Shown piece after piece: positions 14,264-15,711 of a stretch of 15,711 nucleotides of DNA. The stretch spans positions 1-15,711 of the IMG/VR virus record IMGVR_UViG_3300047476_001238; one strand, written 5' to 3'. The notes under the pieces were generated by a model. The model was not told where the DNA came from. It saw only the letters and a program-made list of their open reading frames with translations, and ran no database searches. The position numbers and the translations under genes are program-made. Source of the DNA: a virus (lineage: Duplodnaviria > Heunggongvirae > Uroviricota > Caudoviricetes). Positions within the stretch are counted from its first letter, which is position 1. Every line of letters begins with the position of its first letter.

Positions 14264-14818
14264 TTAACTGCCATAAAAAATATGGCGTCCAATCTTGGTA
14301 ATAGGTTTTTTACCCCATCCTGGTTGAACATAGTCAGCATGATAATACATTGCATTTTTGAGACTTGGAAGTCTGAAACCTTCTAGTAGTACTTTTTTAG
14401 CAACTTCTGCACTTTCATTGTACAGGGGTTGATAAACAGGACGTACTCGATGAGTGCCATCGCAATACCAAGAAAACTGGCAGACCACTTTTGAGTAGAC
14501 GACATTTTTCTGATACACTACAGCACAGATATCATTGGGAAACTGCCCACTGGCTGCTCGATTGATTGTGACCTGGGCCACAGCGACCTTGCCTTCGAAT
14601 GGTTCGCTAGCAGCTTCCCAATAAATGTTCTGCGTTAGGCAACGCAACTGGCGAGACCGTTCCTCCCCGGTTATTGGTTTCATGACAGCCATTTGGGCCT
14701 GTTCGGCCTTGAGTGACTCAAATTTGTTTTTGGTGACCTCTACCAAGGTGTATGTGGCCAACCACATACCAAAAACGATTGATACAAATTTTGCTAAGTT
14801 CGGCAAATATTGTTTCAT
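14264..14818 (-). CDS. Cell wall hydrolase, SleB/Hydrolase_2 family, with N-terminal TM anchor
   Basis: CLTQNIYWEAASEPFEGKVAVAQVTINR, CQFSW, YYHADYVQPGW, KIGRHIFY; SD AAGGAGG. Confidence 0.93.
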   Translation of the reverse strand: MKQYLPNLAKFVSIVFGMWLATYTLVEVTKNKFESLKAEQAQMAVMKPITGEERSRQLRCLTQNIYWEAASEPFEGKVAVAQVTINRAASGQFPNDICAVVYQKNVVYSKVVCQFSWYCDGTHRVRPVYQPLYNESAEVAKKVLLEGFRLPSLKNAMYYHADYVQPGWGKKPITKIGRHIFYGS

Positions 14819-14906
14819 CTATTTTTCCTCCTTTCTTAAGGTTGTAGTTTTATATAACTATGATAATTCAGAGAAAACAACTGCTATTACCCCATAATAA
14901 TGGTAC

Positions 14907-14935
14907 ATTATAGCACTTTTTATGGTTTTTTACAA
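14907..14935 (-). promoter_or_regulatory. Sigma70-type promoter
   Basis: TTGTAA-N17-TATAAT with extended -10 TG; shares TGCTATA with the two early promoters. Confidence 0.65.
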
Positions 14936-14960
14936 GTAATGTGGGTAGTTTATGGAACTG

Positions 14961-15257
14961 CTAACCGGCAATCACGTCCGGACTGCCGCCGGCAACTGAA
15001 TCTCCGCAACCAATGGCATCGCCGATTCTTGCCACTGCCAATCCGTTCACAAAGAAGGTTGAACTGCCACCAGATTGAGCACCACCATGGGTATCAGGTG
15101 GTCCTGGATCGGTGTGATCCGGCCAGGCGTCAGTGACTCTGACAACACCTTGACCATTGACAAACACATCTGCACTGCCATTTGGTGTGCTTGGTCTTGG
15201 TACGTATCCACCATGTCCTGATGTTGGATCTACATTGGTTCTAGTGACTGGAGGCAT
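14961..15257 (-). CDS. PAAR-domain baseplate spike-tip protein (T4 gp5.4-like)
   Basis: GSADVFVNG..VVRVTD, GSSTFFVNGLAVARIGD, CG....GSPDV; His/Cys metal ligands present. Confidence 0.9.
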   Translation of the reverse strand: MPPVTRTNVDPTSGHGGYVPRPSTPNGSADVFVNGQGVVRVTDAWPDHTDPGPPDTHGGAQSGGSSTFFVNGLAVARIGDAIGCGDSVAGGSPDVIAG

Positions 15258-15711
15258 TAGTATTTTCCTTGAGCAACATATTGCACGAGATAATTTTGTC
15301 CGGGAGTGAAGCTAGTATTATTTATAGTTTGGTTCACTGTAAATGGTGTACCGTTTACTGTCACAGTGTATGTGGCAGTGGCAGTTCCTCCGCCTGAAGC
15401 CAGATACTCTGAAACAAAATTGTATTCCGGAGTTATATCTTTGAATCTTGATACAGTTTGTACAGTTTTGTTTTTATCTTCATACGTGATAGTTTTATCA
15501 AAATTGTCATTGTATCTGCCTGTTATGGTAATAACAGTATTTCCGCTGCCCCCGCCCGGACTGACAATTGATATATTAATATTACCCAAGGCTGAGCAAG
15601 TGGCACTAACTGAAGTGATTGCAGGATCACCAATGTTTGTGTTTGCTGTTATGGTAAAGTTAAGATCAACGTTTTCCTCAACTGCTGGCAACGTTCCGGG
15701 CGTGATAAACA
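15257..15711 (-). CDS. Probable virion (baseplate/tail) beta-rich protein, 5'-truncated by the window end
   Basis: The frame is open from the window edge through the TTG at 15691 (FITPGTLPAV...), so the real start is probably outside; T/N/V-rich; TAATG-coupled to PAAR. Confidence 0.65.
   Translation of the reverse strand, partial: FITPGTLPAVEENVDLNFTITANTNIGDPAITSVSATCSALGNINISIVSPGGGSGNTVITITGRYNDNFDKTITYEDKNKTVQTVSRFKDITPEYNFVSEYLASGGGTATATYTVTVNGTPFTVNQTINNTSFTPGQNYLVQYVAQGKY

Noticed and set aside
372-14267. Plus-strand ORFs in the track (e.g. 372-806, 2840-3244, 5877-6122, 12113-12565, 12699-13223, 13860-14267)
   Set aside because: All lie antisense to well-supported minus-strand genes, lack recognisable motifs or SDs, and every promoter and terminator found points to minus-strand transcription.
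14819-14905. Riboswitch in the long leader of the cell wall hydrolase
   Set aside because: The leader is only about 80 nt, AT-rich, and the one candidate stem pairs better on the non-transcribed strand; no aptamer motif recognised.

Overview
A fragment of a large T4-like (myovirus-type) tailed phage genome. All convincing genes lie on the minus strand. Reading in transcription order from the right end: a 5'-truncated probable virion protein and a PAAR spike-tip protein (gp5.4-like); a SleB-type cell wall hydrolase with a small multi-TM protein; an island of about 10 tiny SD-led genes behind two near-identical sigma70-like promoters, closed by a terminator at 11185-11207; a block of probable virion/membrane proteins preceded by T4-late-like TAAATA motifs only 4-6 nt from the ATG; ribosomal protein bS21, Hsp20 (with a ROSE-like 5' UTR), ClpS, an AT-rich sulfotransferase, a cytidylyltransferase, a DEDDh exoribonuclease and a cyclase-C-terminus-like orphan; and, after a terminator, two signal-peptide proteins (one with 16 tandem C-x9-C repeats) plus a truncated very acidic ORF. 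The main leads are an unannotated 50-aa ArfA-like ORF that joins bS21, ClpS and Hsp20 as a possible translation/proteostasis toolkit, the ROSE-like thermometer, apparent leaderless transcripts, and the secreted Cys-repeat module of unknown function. Family assignments are from motif recognition only; no database searches were run. No tRNA, rRNA, CRISPR array or mobile element was seen.
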